64,000 nucleotides of DNA from Treponemataceae bacterium. Lineage in GTDB: Bacteria; Spirochaetota; Spirochaetia; Treponematales; Rectinemataceae. The stretch spans positions 992,001 to 1,056,000 of the forward strand of contig CAXXVZ010000005.1 in assembly GCA_963678065.2 (NCBI GenBank), in the 5' to 3' direction. Below, one piece after another: positions 27,786-38,335 of this stretch; position 1 is the stretch's first letter; each line of letters starts with the position of its first letter. The notes under the pieces were generated by a model, which saw only the letters and a program-made list of their open reading frames with translations, was not told the origin of the DNA and did not search any database. A program made the translations under genes and the position numbers.

Positions 27786-28670
27786 CTACCCTTTCACGGC
27801 GCCGATGGCTATGCCTTTGACGAAGTACTTCTGGAAGAAGGGATAGATCGCGAGAATCGGTATGACCCCTATGACCGCGATCGCCATGCGCACGGTCGCG
27901 CTCGGGATCTTGGCGTAGGCGGCGCCGGCGTTGGCGCCGAGGTTGGAACTTGCGAGGAATTGAATATCGGTGATTATCCTGTTCAGGATATTCTGGATGT
28001 TGAAAAGCCTGTCGTCAGTGAGGTAGATGAGTCCGTTGTACCAATTGTTCCAGTAGTTGAGGGCCTGGAAGAGGCCGACCGTCGCAAGGATAGGCAGCGA
28101 AAGGGGAAGAACGATCGACACGAAGGTTTTGAACTCTCCCGCCCCGTCTATACGCGCGGACTCGATGACAGCCGCCGGTATCGAATTCGCGAAGAAGGTC
28201 CTCATGAGGAGGACGTTGAATCCGTTCATGAGGAGGCCGGGGATTATGAGGGCAAGAATAGTATTCTTGATGTGAAAAATTTGCGTGTACATGAGATAGG
28301 TCGGCACGAGTCCGCCTGAGAAAAGCATCGTGAAAAAAACAAAGAATGATCCGACCGTGCGAAAAGGAAAATCCTTGCGGGACAGAGGATAGGCGAAACA
28401 CGCCATGAGGCAGAGGCCGAGGACCGTTCCCACGGCAGTCACTCCGATCGTTATGCAGTACGCCCTGCCGATCTCCGCTATGTGCAACAGAAGGTATTTA
28501 TAAGCCTCGAGGCTCACATGCCTGGGTGCGAACGAATACCCATAGCGCAGGATATCCTGCTCGCCGGAAAAGGAAGAGATGACGAGAAGGACGAAGGGAA
28601 CGATGCAGGCGATGGAGACAAGTATGAGGACGGAGTGAGTCACTATCCTCCAGGGTAGCGGGCTTTTCAC
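27786..28670 (-). CDS. Carbohydrate ABC permease
   Basis: FSGGLVPTY, ESARIDGAGE, YPFFQKYFVKG. Confidence 0.95.
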   Translation of the reverse strand: MKSPLPWRIVTHSVLILVSIACIVPFVLLVISSFSGEQDILRYGYSFAPRHVSLEAYKYLLLHIAEIGRAYCITIGVTAVGTVLGLCLMACFAYPLSRKDFPFRTVGSFFVFFTMLFSGGLVPTYLMYTQIFHIKNTILALIIPGLLMNGFNVLLMRTFFANSIPAAVIESARIDGAGEFKTFVSIVLPLSLPILATVGLFQALNYWNNWYNGLIYLTDDRLFNIQNILNRIITDIQFLASSNLGANAGAAYAKIPSATVRMAIAVIGVIPILAIYPFFQKYFVKGIAIGAVKG

Positions 28671-28679
28671 GGCATCCTC

Positions 28680-29594
28680 CTAAAAAAGCGCGTTCTCGGG
28701 ATTGGTTCTCTTGACCAGGTAATTGGACAGAAGGACGATGATGAAACCCACGATCGACTGGTAGAATCCCGCGGCCGAGGACATACCGATGTCGCCCAAC
28801 TGCAAGAGACCGTGGTACACGTAGGTATCTATCACACTCGTAGTGTCGCTGAGCATGCCCGAGTCGAGGGGTACCTGATAGAAGAGACCGAAATCGGAGT
28901 AGAAGATGCGTCCGATCGCCATGAGTGTCATCATCGAGATGACCGGCACGATGAGGGGAATCGTGATCTTGCGGATCTGCTGGCCTTTGCCTGCCCCGTC
29001 TATCGTCGCCGCCTCGTAGAGTTCCTGATCTATGCCGATGATCCCGGCGTAATATACGACGCAGAGGAATCCGACATTCTTCCAGAGTTGCACGATCGTC
29101 AGGATCACCGGCCACTGGCGCGGCTCGTTGTACCACGCGACCTCGTTCAGACCGAGGAATGGCAGAACGCTCTTGTTCATGAAGCCCGTCTCGACGCTGA
29201 GGCAGGCGTACACGAGATAGCTCACGATGACCATGGAAATCAACATGGGGAGAAGAATGACGCTCTGGTAGAATTTCTTGGCCGCCTTGCTCCTCACCTC
29301 GTTGAGCAAAAGGGCGAGCCCGACCGCCACCACGAGATTCACGACGATGAAGACCGCGTTGTAGAGGATCGTGTTCCGGGTGATGACCCAGGCATCGGAG
29401 GTCGCGAAGAGGTATTTGAAGTTCTTGAATCCGACCCAGTCGCTCGCGAAGAAACCTTTCTCGTAATTGATATCCTTGAAAGCTATCACGAGGCCGATCA
29501 TCGGCAAATAATTGTTGATCAGGAAATACAGGAACCCCGGAACCATCATGATCGCGAGCGGGAGATACCTCGCTTTGAACCGGCGCTTTGCCAT
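28680..29594 (-). CDS. Carbohydrate ABC permease (LplB-like)
   Basis: NNYLPMIG, LYEAATIDGA, SDFGLFYQVP. Confidence 0.95.
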   Translation of the reverse strand: MAKRRFKARYLPLAIMMVPGFLYFLINNYLPMIGLVIAFKDINYEKGFFASDWVGFKNFKYLFATSDAWVITRNTILYNAVFIVVNLVVAVGLALLLNEVRSKAAKKFYQSVILLPMLISMVIVSYLVYACLSVETGFMNKSVLPFLGLNEVAWYNEPRQWPVILTIVQLWKNVGFLCVVYYAGIIGIDQELYEAATIDGAGKGQQIRKITIPLIVPVISMMTLMAIGRIFYSDFGLFYQVPLDSGMLSDTTSVIDTYVYHGLLQLGDIGMSSAAGFYQSIVGFIIVLLSNYLVKRTNPENALF

Positions 29595-29625
29595 AGTCGA
29601 TCCGCTCCATACTCAAAAGACTGCA

Positions 29626-29659
29626 GGCCGCGTCCACTGCGCGTACAGTGGACGCGGCC
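29626..29659 (-). terminator. Perfect 14-bp stem-loop after the substrate-binding gene
   Basis: GGCCGCGTCCACTG-CGCGTA-CAGTGGACGCGGCC. Confidence 0.6.
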
Positions 29660-29678
29660 GGGCGTTGTGCCGACTCGG

Positions 29679-31136
29679 CTACTTCGAAGCCGCCGCCCAC
29701 GCGTCGATCTGCTTCTGCTTCTCGGCGGTAATCTTGTCGATACCCGCCGCCTTCAGGTCTTTTATGAGGGAGGGAAGGGTCTTGTCAGGATCGACCGCTC
29801 CGCACTCGACTGCGAGCTTGTAGCGGTTGAGGGCGTTGGTGACAGCCGCGATCTCGGTCTTCACCGAAGAGTTGTCGAACATGAATCCCAGAGCCTTCGA
29901 CTTGACCGCGCTCCTGTTGAACGAATCCAGCTCCTTGTAGAGGGTGGGAGAGTCGCCCTTCCAAACGTAGGAGAGGAGTTGGTTGCCGAACATCCAGCCC
30001 ATGTTGAGACCATAGCCTGTGTTGGTCGCGTCGACTCCCGCGGGGTAGTCGATCAGGCCGCCATCGATCTTGACATAGTGCTTGCCCTCGATGCCCCAGT
30101 CGAGGAGATTGATTATCGAGGGGTCGGAGTACATGAGGTTGAGGAACTGCACAGCCTTGTCGGGGTTCTTGGAGTTGCGGGGAACCGCCCACATGACGTT
30201 CGCCACGGAAGTCGTCGTAGCGAGAGCGGGCTGTATTCCCACCGTGACCATCTCGGTTCCGCACTCCTTGGTTTCCTGGGCGGTGATTCCCGGCTTCATC
30301 GTCGTCACGAAGGCGAAGAGTTTGCCGGCGCGGACGAGGGTGGTACTGTGGTCCTTGTTGGTCGTCGCGTCTTTCTGGAGGAGGCCCTCCTGGTACCAGC
30401 CGCGGATCTTCTTGACGAGGGCGGCGTACTCCGCGGTTTCGTAGAGGTTGACGACCTTCAAGGAGGAACCGCGGTCCATGAGGACGCCGAGACTGTCGCC
30501 CAGGACATCCCACGCGTACATGAAATCGACGAAAGACCGGCCTTCGATGCCGGGCGCGAGGGGAACGAGGTCGGGCTCGGCCGCGGCGATCTTGCGGAGT
30601 ACCACGGCGAGATCGTCGTAGGTCCTGATGGACTTGGGGTCGATCTTGTACTTATCCAGGATATCCTTGCGCATCGCGACGCCGAGGTTCGAGGCGAAAT
30701 CGCGGATCGAGGGGAAGGCGTAGCGCTTGCCGTTCATCTTCCCCGCGGCGAGGTATTCCGTGTCCATCGACTTGATTATGCCCGCGCCGTACTTGGCGAC
30801 GGACTCGTCGATCGCCGTCAGCTGACCTTTGGCGACTTGCGAGCCGAATCCCGTGCTGCTGGTGGATCCGGTCTCCATGAGGTCGAGCTTCTCGCCGCTC
30901 GCGAGCATAAGATTGGTCTGCTGGCTCCATGCGCCGAACGATATGGGAAGAAACTTGACGGTCGCCCCGATCTTCGCCGAAGCGATCTTGTTTACTTCGT
31001 CCTGGACGAGCTGAAGATCCTTGGGCGTGCCGCCGAAGGTAAAGAAAGCCATTGTGAGCTCAGTGTCAGCCGCCATGGCGACAAAAGGCACAATCAGGCT
31101 CAACAAGGCTACGAAAACCAACATCCTGCTTTTCAT
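29679..31136 (-). CDS. Carbohydrate ABC substrate-binding protein (DUF3502-type C-terminus)
   Basis: Signal peptide; WGIEGKHY, LGFMFD, LKAAGIDKI...QKQIDAW. Confidence 0.92.
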   Translation of the reverse strand: MKSRMLVFVALLSLIVPFVAMAADTELTMAFFTFGGTPKDLQLVQDEVNKIASAKIGATVKFLPISFGAWSQQTNLMLASGEKLDLMETGSTSSTGFGSQVAKGQLTAIDESVAKYGAGIIKSMDTEYLAAGKMNGKRYAFPSIRDFASNLGVAMRKDILDKYKIDPKSIRTYDDLAVVLRKIAAAEPDLVPLAPGIEGRSFVDFMYAWDVLGDSLGVLMDRGSSLKVVNLYETAEYAALVKKIRGWYQEGLLQKDATTNKDHSTTLVRAGKLFAFVTTMKPGITAQETKECGTEMVTVGIQPALATTTSVANVMWAVPRNSKNPDKAVQFLNLMYSDPSIINLLDWGIEGKHYVKIDGGLIDYPAGVDATNTGYGLNMGWMFGNQLLSYVWKGDSPTLYKELDSFNRSAVKSKALGFMFDNSSVKTEIAAVTNALNRYKLAVECGAVDPDKTLPSLIKDLKAAGIDKITAEKQKQIDAWAAASK

Positions 31137-31227
31137 TCACAACCTCCTCGTAGTAAAGGAACGATGATGCGGCATCCTAACCGACCCGGAAAAATCGCTC
31201 CACCCGAAGGCCGACGTAGGCCTACGC

Positions 31228-33793
31228 CTATTCCGACATTGCGCGCGACAGCGATACCGGCCCCAGAAGCCCGACAGGCTCCATCGCCATGTACAGCGAA
31301 ATCGGATCGGGCGTTTCCCGTACGAGGGTCGTCGTGATCTCTATACATATGTGGTTCATTCCCGCCCGCAGGAGGCCCGCCGCCCCGAAACGATACGGCG
31401 GACATATCCTCAGGCCGAGACGCTCTCCATTGACGAAAACTTCTGCCGTTTCACCGACCGAACCGAGATCGACGAGCGCGGACTCCGTGGCCGAATCGAG
31501 GACGAAGTCGGCCTCGTAGCGGATGCTTCCCGCGAAGCTCGGGCGGAGAGTCGAGACATCGACGAGTTCGTCCATCCCGATCTCTCCCGCGAAGACGGGG
31601 TAGTCGGCGGCCGACGCGAAAGAGATGCGCCACGGGCCCGCGATGGGTGCGGCCGCGCCGAACCGGATCGCGGAAGCGTGAGGACGCTCAGGCACCATCC
31701 CCATACTCGCCGGCAAGGAGCCGAGTATGAAAACTGCGGATTCATACGGCGAGAGCTCGAGGTCGAGCGAGGCAGAGCCGGGCGCGGAATCCCGCGGTGG
31801 GCGTACCGGAACGAGGGCTGGACCGAATCGAGCGAGATGTCGCCAAGCCCTTCGGAACGAAGGTAGGCGGCGAGTTCCCCGAGTGGCGCGACAGGAATGA
31901 CGGCCAGACGTTCGCCGTAGCCCGTGCCGGCGGCCCGACCGGCAACAGCGGCCTGACTTGCGCCAGCGGCCAGACCCGGGCCAAAGGCCTCATCGACGTT
32001 GCCAGTATCGATCTCGGCTCCGACGACGAGTTCGGGCCGCGCATCGACGAAGACGACGGTCAAGCCCGCGTCGCGGGCGGCACAGGCGAACGCCGCCGCG
32101 GACTCGGGAAGTCTCTGCGAATAAGGAAGGACGAGGCCCGATAGCGCTCGCCGCACACGAGGAGTTCCCCCTTCCCGAACCGGGCCGCGTAGCGATCCGT
32201 GTCGGAGATCAGGTCTTCGGGGACGATGTCGTAATCGATCTGGTTCTGCGCGAGGACGCGCGCCGGCGTTTCGCAGGGCATATAGTCGCCGCACCATTCC
32301 ATCGCGGCGTGGTAGAGGATGGCGACGGGCGCGACATGCGTTCCCCCCTCGAGAAGGCCGCAGAGCCTGTCGGTGTAGCGCATGAGGTAGCCGAAGTGCC
32401 TGTACTGCGGATTCCTGCCGCGCGCGTAGAAATGCGGCGGGCAATCCGGATCGGGATATTCTTTGGGGTTGAAGGCGTGGGGCACGAGGCGGTTGATCCC
32501 CCGGACGAGCATGTGGTCGACGAGCCACTTCATGAGCTTGAGGCCCTCGCTCCACCCGTAGGCGCCGAAAATCTCGCACAGGGCGATTCCCTTCTTGCCC
32601 GCATCGATGTGCGCGAGGGAGGACGCGAGCTTGGCCAAGGCATAGTGGAAGAACTCGCCATCCCACTCGCCGCCGAAGAAGGCGTGGCCTGTTTCTCCGA
32701 ATCCCGGCAGGATCTGCTGAATCACGACATCGACGCCGGCCCAGTCCTGCCCCGCGAGGGCCCTGAAGTAGTGCCCGGCGCCCGCGCCGAGCCTCGCGTG
32801 CTCACCCTGATCCTCGATGACGTGCCCGATGTACTGGCCGCCGCGGGCGCGACACCACTCGCCGAGCTGTTCGGAGAAGTTCTTCCGGTAGAGGGACGTG
32901 GCGGCATCCATGTACGCGTAGCGCGCCCGCGGAGCCTCGCTCCCCGGCACCCACAGGAAGGGCAGGGATCGCGCGAAACCATCGCGGAGTCTGAGGGAGA
33001 GCATGTCCCGCAACTCGCCGCACCAGGGGAGGACCATCCCTTTTTTCCGGCCTATGTCCTCGTCGAAGGCGTAGCCGGCCGTATTGCCCATGCCAGGCTC
33101 GTCGGAAAAGAAACCCGAGAAGGTCAGGCCGAACTCGGCCTTGTATCGCTCATAGTGAGGCTCATAGACGGCCTCGATGAGCGCCTCCACCGACTTCCGG
33201 TCGATGGGGTTGAGGTAGTCGGGATTGCCGCCTCCCGAACTCGTCTCGTAGACGATGAAGAGCCGCCACAGGCCCTCGGGGACATCCCAGTGCACGAGAC
33301 TGTCGCGCAGGGATGAGCTGAGATCGATGGGCGAATCGAAGAGCGCCCCGCTCCGGCGGCAGGCGACGAGAGCGACCACGCGATCAGGCCTGTCCCCGGG
33401 GGAGGGCGCGGGGGTGCCGAAGGGACTGCGGTGATCGAGCCTGGCGTCGATCGCGAAGGTCGCCCCGTGAAGAGGGCCGCAGGCGTCGGCCTGCATCTCG
33501 GCGAGATAGCGCTTGGCGCGCTCGGGATACTTCGTCCTGATGAGGCCATTCGCGTACCCGGTCGGAAAGTGCGCGTCGTCCAAAAGCCAGACGCGCATGC
33601 GGCGACGCTTCGCTTCACCCATCACGGCATCGAGATCGCGCCACCAGAGGGGACCGCAAAAGTCAGGATGAGGCCTCGACTCGACGCAGAGGGCAGCCAT
33701 GCCCGCCTGCGCGATCGCCGCGATCTCTTCCCGGATTATCGACTCGGCCTCTCCGTGGAGCCACAAAAAAGGCAGGATCCGTTCGCCTTCCAT
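31228..33793 (-). pseudogene. GH106 (alpha-L-rhamnosidase-like) glycoside hydrolase broken into three reading frames
   Basis: ILPFLWLHGE, ESRPHPDF, WLLDDAHFPTG, FFSDEP, HMLVRGINRLVPHAF; frame changes at about 32135 and about 31790; C-terminal piece LVDLGSVGETAEVFVNG...GLLGPV. Confidence 0.82.
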
Positions 33794-33871
33794 ACGTCCG
33801 CGCGCCTCCCGATACCATCCAATCCGAAAGGCCGCCGCCGCGCTACCCGCAAACCGACGGGGTTCTACCAC

Positions 33872-35473
33872 TCATCCGCCATCAGGTTTTCCGGCGCAGC
33901 GTTCGGCGCGATATCGCGATGGATTGACGCCCTCTGTTTTCCTGAAAGTTTCGGAGAAGTGCGAGAAATTCGTGTATCCGATCCGCGAGGCAATCTCCCC
34001 GACCGGAAGATTTGTCTTCTCGAGGAGATCGCGGGCCATTTTCATGCGTTCGCCGAGAATGTATTCCGAGACAGAGAGGCCGGTTTCTTTCTTGAACAGT
34101 CTCGAGAGGTAATCGGGGTTGAGCGACACGTGCTCGGCTATGCTGGAGCACGACAGATTCTCGGTGAGATGCCGCGAGATATAGCGCGACGCCCGCCCGA
34201 AGGGCGTGCCCGATTTCTCGAGCTCATCCATCTTCCGCCCCGCCCCGTCGAGGAGATGCCCGACCCAGGCGGCGAGGTCAGCCAGAGAATCGGTCGCCCG
34301 CCTCTCCAGGGCGATGGACTCGGGATCGTCGAAGAGCTCGTGCACGGGAACACGCTTCGATTTCAGGATGGAATACACGGCCTGGGAGAAATCCTGGCGG
34401 AAACGATGCAGAGTAGCGGCCTTCCACGAACCGCGCCTGCTCAGGCGCTCGATGTACGCGAGCGCCTCCGATTGCACGGCCTCGCGTCCGCCAGAGGCCA
34501 GCATCATGGCCCAGAGCATCGTGTCCGGAAACGCGGAGCCTTCGGGTTCGTCACCGCAGGAGCCGGCCGCGAGGACCTCGCCCTTCCGGGCGAAACTGTT
34601 CGCCTCGAGGCGGCGCAGCTCGCCGATCCCCGCAGTCAGAGCGACGATATCGCCGACCCGCCCGAGATAGCAGGAGGGTTTGCAATAAAAATGGACGCCG
34701 CAATACGAGATTATCCTTTCGAAAAGCGATCGGTCGGCCGCGCATCCTTCGGCGAGGACAAGGATGAAGAGCAGCTTGCCCTCGCCGAAGACCGCCGAAC
34801 GGGCGTCGATGCCGGCCTGAGCGCAGCTTTCGTCAGTCGCCTTGCGCACGGCGAATTCGAGAAGCCTCCTGTCGTTCTCGCCGATTCCCTCGGTCCAGGA
34901 CCTGATCGAGATCAAGACAGGCTGAAGAGAGGCTCCGGGAGGAATGGCGGTCCCATTCTCCTCGGCCAGGGCGAGAAGTTCCTCCGCGCTGCCCGCGACG
35001 CGTCTCTCCGCGAGGCCGAGCCAAAAGCCCTCGGCGAGCTCCGAACGATGCCTCCGCCAGAGCTCCCCGCGCGATGCGCCTTCGCGCTCGGCGCTCTCAC
35101 CCTCTCTCTTCTGAAAAAGGCGCTCGAGGACTTCCTCGAGTTTCGCATAGGGAACAGGCTTGAGAAGGTAATCGAATCCGCCCAGCCGCAAGGCGCGCTG
35201 CGCATACGAAAAATCCGCGTGGCAGGTGAGGAAGATCGAATCTACGCCTGGCTTGTTCTCCGCTACCCAGGTGACGAGATCGAGGCCGGAGCCCTGTGGC
35301 ATCTCGATGTCGCAGATGATGACATCGACGTCCTGGGCGGCCAGTACCGCCTCGGCCTCGCGGCGGCTATACACCCCGAGAACCGGGGATACACCGAGCC
35401 TTTCCCAATCGACGCAGCGCTTGAGGCCTTCCACAGCGTATTTCTCGTCGTCGATAATAAGAACCCGCCTCAC
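33872..35473 (-). CDS. YesN-type response regulator (REC plus AraC HTH)
   Basis: LIIDDE, CDIEMPQGSG, YLLKP; LNPDYLSRLFKKETG, IGYTNFSHFS; SD GAGGAG before GTG 35473. Confidence 0.94.
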   Translation of the reverse strand: MRRVLIIDDEKYAVEGLKRCVDWERLGVSPVLGVYSRREAEAVLAAQDVDVIICDIEMPQGSGLDLVTWVAENKPGVDSIFLTCHADFSYAQRALRLGGFDYLLKPVPYAKLEEVLERLFQKREGESAEREGASRGELWRRHRSELAEGFWLGLAERRVAGSAEELLALAEENGTAIPPGASLQPVLISIRSWTEGIGENDRRLLEFAVRKATDESCAQAGIDARSAVFGEGKLLFILVLAEGCAADRSLFERIISYCGVHFYCKPSCYLGRVGDIVALTAGIGELRRLEANSFARKGEVLAAGSCGDEPEGSAFPDTMLWAMMLASGGREAVQSEALAYIERLSRRGSWKAATLHRFRQDFSQAVYSILKSKRVPVHELFDDPESIALERRATDSLADLAAWVGHLLDGAGRKMDELEKSGTPFGRASRYISRHLTENLSCSSIAEHVSLNPDYLSRLFKKETGLSVSEYILGERMKMARDLLEKTNLPVGEIASRIGYTNFSHFSETFRKTEGVNPSRYRAERCAGKPDGG

Positions 35474-35517
35474 GGGAACACTCCTCACCGCCGCGAATTC
35501 GACGCTATACTGGCCAC

Positions 35518-37236
35518 ATGAAGCTCAGACCGCCGGGGCGCAGCTCGATACGCGTCAAGCTCATTTTCCTCATGCTCGTCGCCACGGTACCGCTCGGTTC
35601 ACTGTTGATTTACCAAAATTTATACTCAATTTCCGCCATGCATGACAAGGTCGCACAATCCAACAAGGATCTCCTGTCGGTCTATCTCGGTCAGATCGAC
35701 CAGAGCCTCCGCTACGTCGAGTACTACATGAACTCCCTCACCGTCAGGAACACTTCCATACTCGCCTTCGACGACTTCGCCGACAGGGACGAGGACGCCT
35801 ACCAGCTGGCAAAACTGGATATCCAGAACGAATTGGGGAACACGGTCCCTCTCTTCGCGATGATGGACGGACTCTTCGTCTACTCGACGAAGCGCAACGA
35901 ATTCATAGAGGCGCTCAACGCGAACACGCCGTATCAGACACGGTTGCTGATACACGCGAGCATCAGGAAGGCCGTCGCGAAAGGGTCAGCGGCGAAAGAG
36001 GTGATGACCTGGCAATCGCCCAAAATCGGCGACGGATACTATATCACGCGGATCGTACAAATCGGCGATACCTTTTTGGGCGCATGGGGCCGCGCCGACC
36101 GGATACTTCTTCCGCTCGAGCGCATAGACCTCGGGAAAGGCGGCAAGGCACTCTTCGTCTCCTCTTCGGGAGAGCCGATGAACTGGGGGGAATGGATAGC
36201 GGAGCGCGGCATAAACCTCAGGCCCGACTTCAGCCGCTACTACATGAGCGGCAACAGAGAAAAATACCTGGTCGTCGGCAGTCGATCGCGGGAAGGAGGG
36301 TTCTCGCTCGCGGCCGTCATTCCGGACTCGACCATCAGAAAGGGCCTTCCCACGCCGCAGGGGCTCATCCTCTGGATATCCGTATTCGCTCTCGGACTCG
36401 TACCGCTCTCCCTCCTCATCGCGCAGAGGAGCGTGATCGACCCGCTCCGGCGCATGGTCGAGGCGATGCGGCGGATCCAGGGCGGCAATCTCGAGCTCCG
36501 GATGGAGGCGGACCCCACTTCCAACGAGTTTGCGATCGTGGACTCGACGTTCAACAGCATGATAGCGCGGATACGCGACCTGAAAATCGCCGTCTACGAA
36601 GAGCAGCTCAACGCTCAGCGGGCAGAGCTGAAGCAGCTGCAGCTCCAGATAAAACCGCACTTCTACCTCAATTCGCTCAACGGCATATACCACCTGGCGC
36701 AGATGCGCGAGTACAGCCTCATCCAGGAGATGACACAGAACCTCGTCGATTATTTCAGGTACATGATAAAGACCAACGCCAGCTTCGTCAGCCTCGGAGA
36801 TGAGCTCAGGCATGTCCGGACCTACCATCGCATACAGGAGATGCGGCTCGCCGGCGAGCACAGGCTTTCCATCGACGCCCCCGATGAAGCGATGACTGCC
36901 TCGGTGCCACCCCTCCTCGTCCAGACCTTCGTGGAGAATTCGAGCAAGTACGGGATAGAAGAGGACGGATCGCTCCGGGTATCGATCACGGTCTCGCTGA
37001 GCGCGACGCGGGAGAGGCTCGCGATCTCGATCGGGGATGGCGGCCCCGGTTTCCCGGAAGAGGTGTTGGCGGAACTCAAGGGTGGAACGCTCGAACCGGA
37101 CGAAAACGGCAAAAAAGTCGGGATATGGAACATGCGCAGGAGGCTCGCGATCCTCTATCACGGGCAGGCGAGTCTGCGATTCGAGAACACGCGACCCGGG
37201 GCCCTCGTGGAGATCGACATCCCTTTCACGGAGTGA
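35518..37236 (+). CDS. YesM-type sensor histidine kinase
   Basis: Two TM helices, HAMP, LQLQIKPHFYLNSLN, QTFVENSSKYG, DGGPGF. Confidence 0.94.
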   Translation: MKLRPPGRSSIRVKLIFLMLVATVPLGSLLIYQNLYSISAMHDKVAQSNKDLLSVYLGQIDQSLRYVEYYMNSLTVRNTSILAFDDFADRDEDAYQLAKLDIQNELGNTVPLFAMMDGLFVYSTKRNEFIEALNANTPYQTRLLIHASIRKAVAKGSAAKEVMTWQSPKIGDGYYITRIVQIGDTFLGAWGRADRILLPLERIDLGKGGKALFVSSSGEPMNWGEWIAERGINLRPDFSRYYMSGNREKYLVVGSRSREGGFSLAAVIPDSTIRKGLPTPQGLILWISVFALGLVPLSLLIAQRSVIDPLRRMVEAMRRIQGGNLELRMEADPTSNEFAIVDSTFNSMIARIRDLKIAVYEEQLNAQRAELKQLQLQIKPHFYLNSLNGIYHLAQMREYSLIQEMTQNLVDYFRYMIKTNASFVSLGDELRHVRTYHRIQEMRLAGEHRLSIDAPDEAMTASVPPLLVQTFVENSSKYGIEEDGSLRVSITVSLSATRERLAISIGDGGPGFPEEVLAELKGGTLEPDENGKKVGIWNMRRRLAILYHGQASLRFENTRPGALVEIDIPFTE

Positions 37237-37367
37237 AGGGGCCGGCCAACGATACGACTGCGAAAACACGGCAGTATTGGAAACGTCTCTGTCGGCTTTG
37301 TCAAAACCCTGCTAGACTGAGGATACAAGCCCGTCCGGCAAGGACAGACAAATCCAAGGAGGAAACC

Positions 37368-38231
37368 ATGAGACTGAAAGCAGCGGCAATCGTCGCGCTC
37401 GCCCTCGCGATCGTCGCGGGATCGGTGTACGCGGATCCCATCAAAACCACCGAATTCGTGGCCTACATCCCGAACGAGGGGCGGATGATTCCCGCCACCG
37501 TGTGCCTTCCCGCGGGGGCTGCAGACCGCATGTATCCCGCCGTCGTTATGCTCCACGGCACAGGCTCCAACAGGGAAGAGGCCGGAAACGGCTACAAAAT
37601 GCTCGCGCCCTACATGGCCGAACACGGCATCGCTTCCATACGGATCGACTTCGCGGGCTCGGGAGACAGCAAAGCCGACTACGTGGAGTACACCTGGACT
37701 TCCGGTGCCTCCGACGCGGCGGCCGCGGCCGAGTTCATAAAGCAGTTCAAAGTTGTCGATCCCGACAGAATCGGAGTCATGGGATGGAGCCAGGGTGGAT
37801 CGGTCGCCATACTCGCGGCCGCCAGATACCCGACCTTCAAAGCCCTCCTCACATGGGCCGGCGCTCTCGACATGTTCGACTACTTCGCGCCCATCTACGA
37901 CGAGGCGAAGGCCAAGGGATTCGCGAAGGCGACCTTCGAGTGGAGAACCCCGCTCAACCTCTCGCTGCAGTGGTTCGCTGACGCGAAGAACATTTCCCTC
38001 CGCAAGGAACTGTCCAATTTCAAGGGTCCCGTTCTCGCGATCGCGGGAAGCGACGATGAGGTCGTTCCGCTCAGCGCCCTCGACGAAATCGTAGCTTCCT
38101 CAGGTGGCTGCGATTCAGCGAAACTCCTCATTCAGGGCGCCGACCACACCTTCAGGGTTTTCACGGGCGATCTTTCCAAATTCAACGAACTGAGGGACGC
38201 GACCACTTCCTGGTTCGGCAAGAAGCTATAA
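37368..38231 (+). CDS. Secreted alpha/beta hydrolase (esterase/peptidase-like)
   Basis: Signal peptide; VMLHG, GWSQG nucleophile, GSDDEVV, GADHTF; SD AAGGAGG. Confidence 0.9.
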   Translation: MRLKAAAIVALALAIVAGSVYADPIKTTEFVAYIPNEGRMIPATVCLPAGAADRMYPAVVMLHGTGSNREEAGNGYKMLAPYMAEHGIASIRIDFAGSGDSKADYVEYTWTSGASDAAAAAEFIKQFKVVDPDRIGVMGWSQGGSVAILAAARYPTFKALLTWAGALDMFDYFAPIYDEAKAKGFAKATFEWRTPLNLSLQWFADAKNISLRKELSNFKGPVLAIAGSDDEVVPLSALDEIVASSGGCDSAKLLIQGADHTFRVFTGDLSKFNELRDATTSWFGKKL

Positions 38232-38232
38232 A

Positions 38233-38313
38233 ACAAAGGCGTTCGAAACACCGCGCCTTTGTCGGCCGGCGCGGATCAGGAACGGACACCAAGTCCTGCC
38301 TGATCCCGCCGGC
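38233..38313. terminator. Two adjacent stem-loops between convergent genes
   Basis: ACAAAGGCG...CGCCTTTGT (38233-38262) and GCCGGCGCGGATCAGG...CCTGATCCCGCCGGC (38265-38313). Confidence 0.6.
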
Positions 38314-38326
38314 GATGGCGATGCGC
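38292..38326. repeat. 35-bp direct repeat, left copy
   Basis: AGTCCTGCCTGATCCCGCCGGCGATGGCGATGCGC; 34/35 identical to 51381-51415. Confidence 0.95.
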
Positions 38327-38335
38327 TGGTCGCGG

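Noticed and set aside
24271..35521. Very long plus-strand ORFs (734, 841 and 696 aa; likewise 20575-22164 and 52415-54412)
   Set aside because: Antisense shadows of clear minus-strand genes, caused by high GC3 bias; no recognisable motifs.
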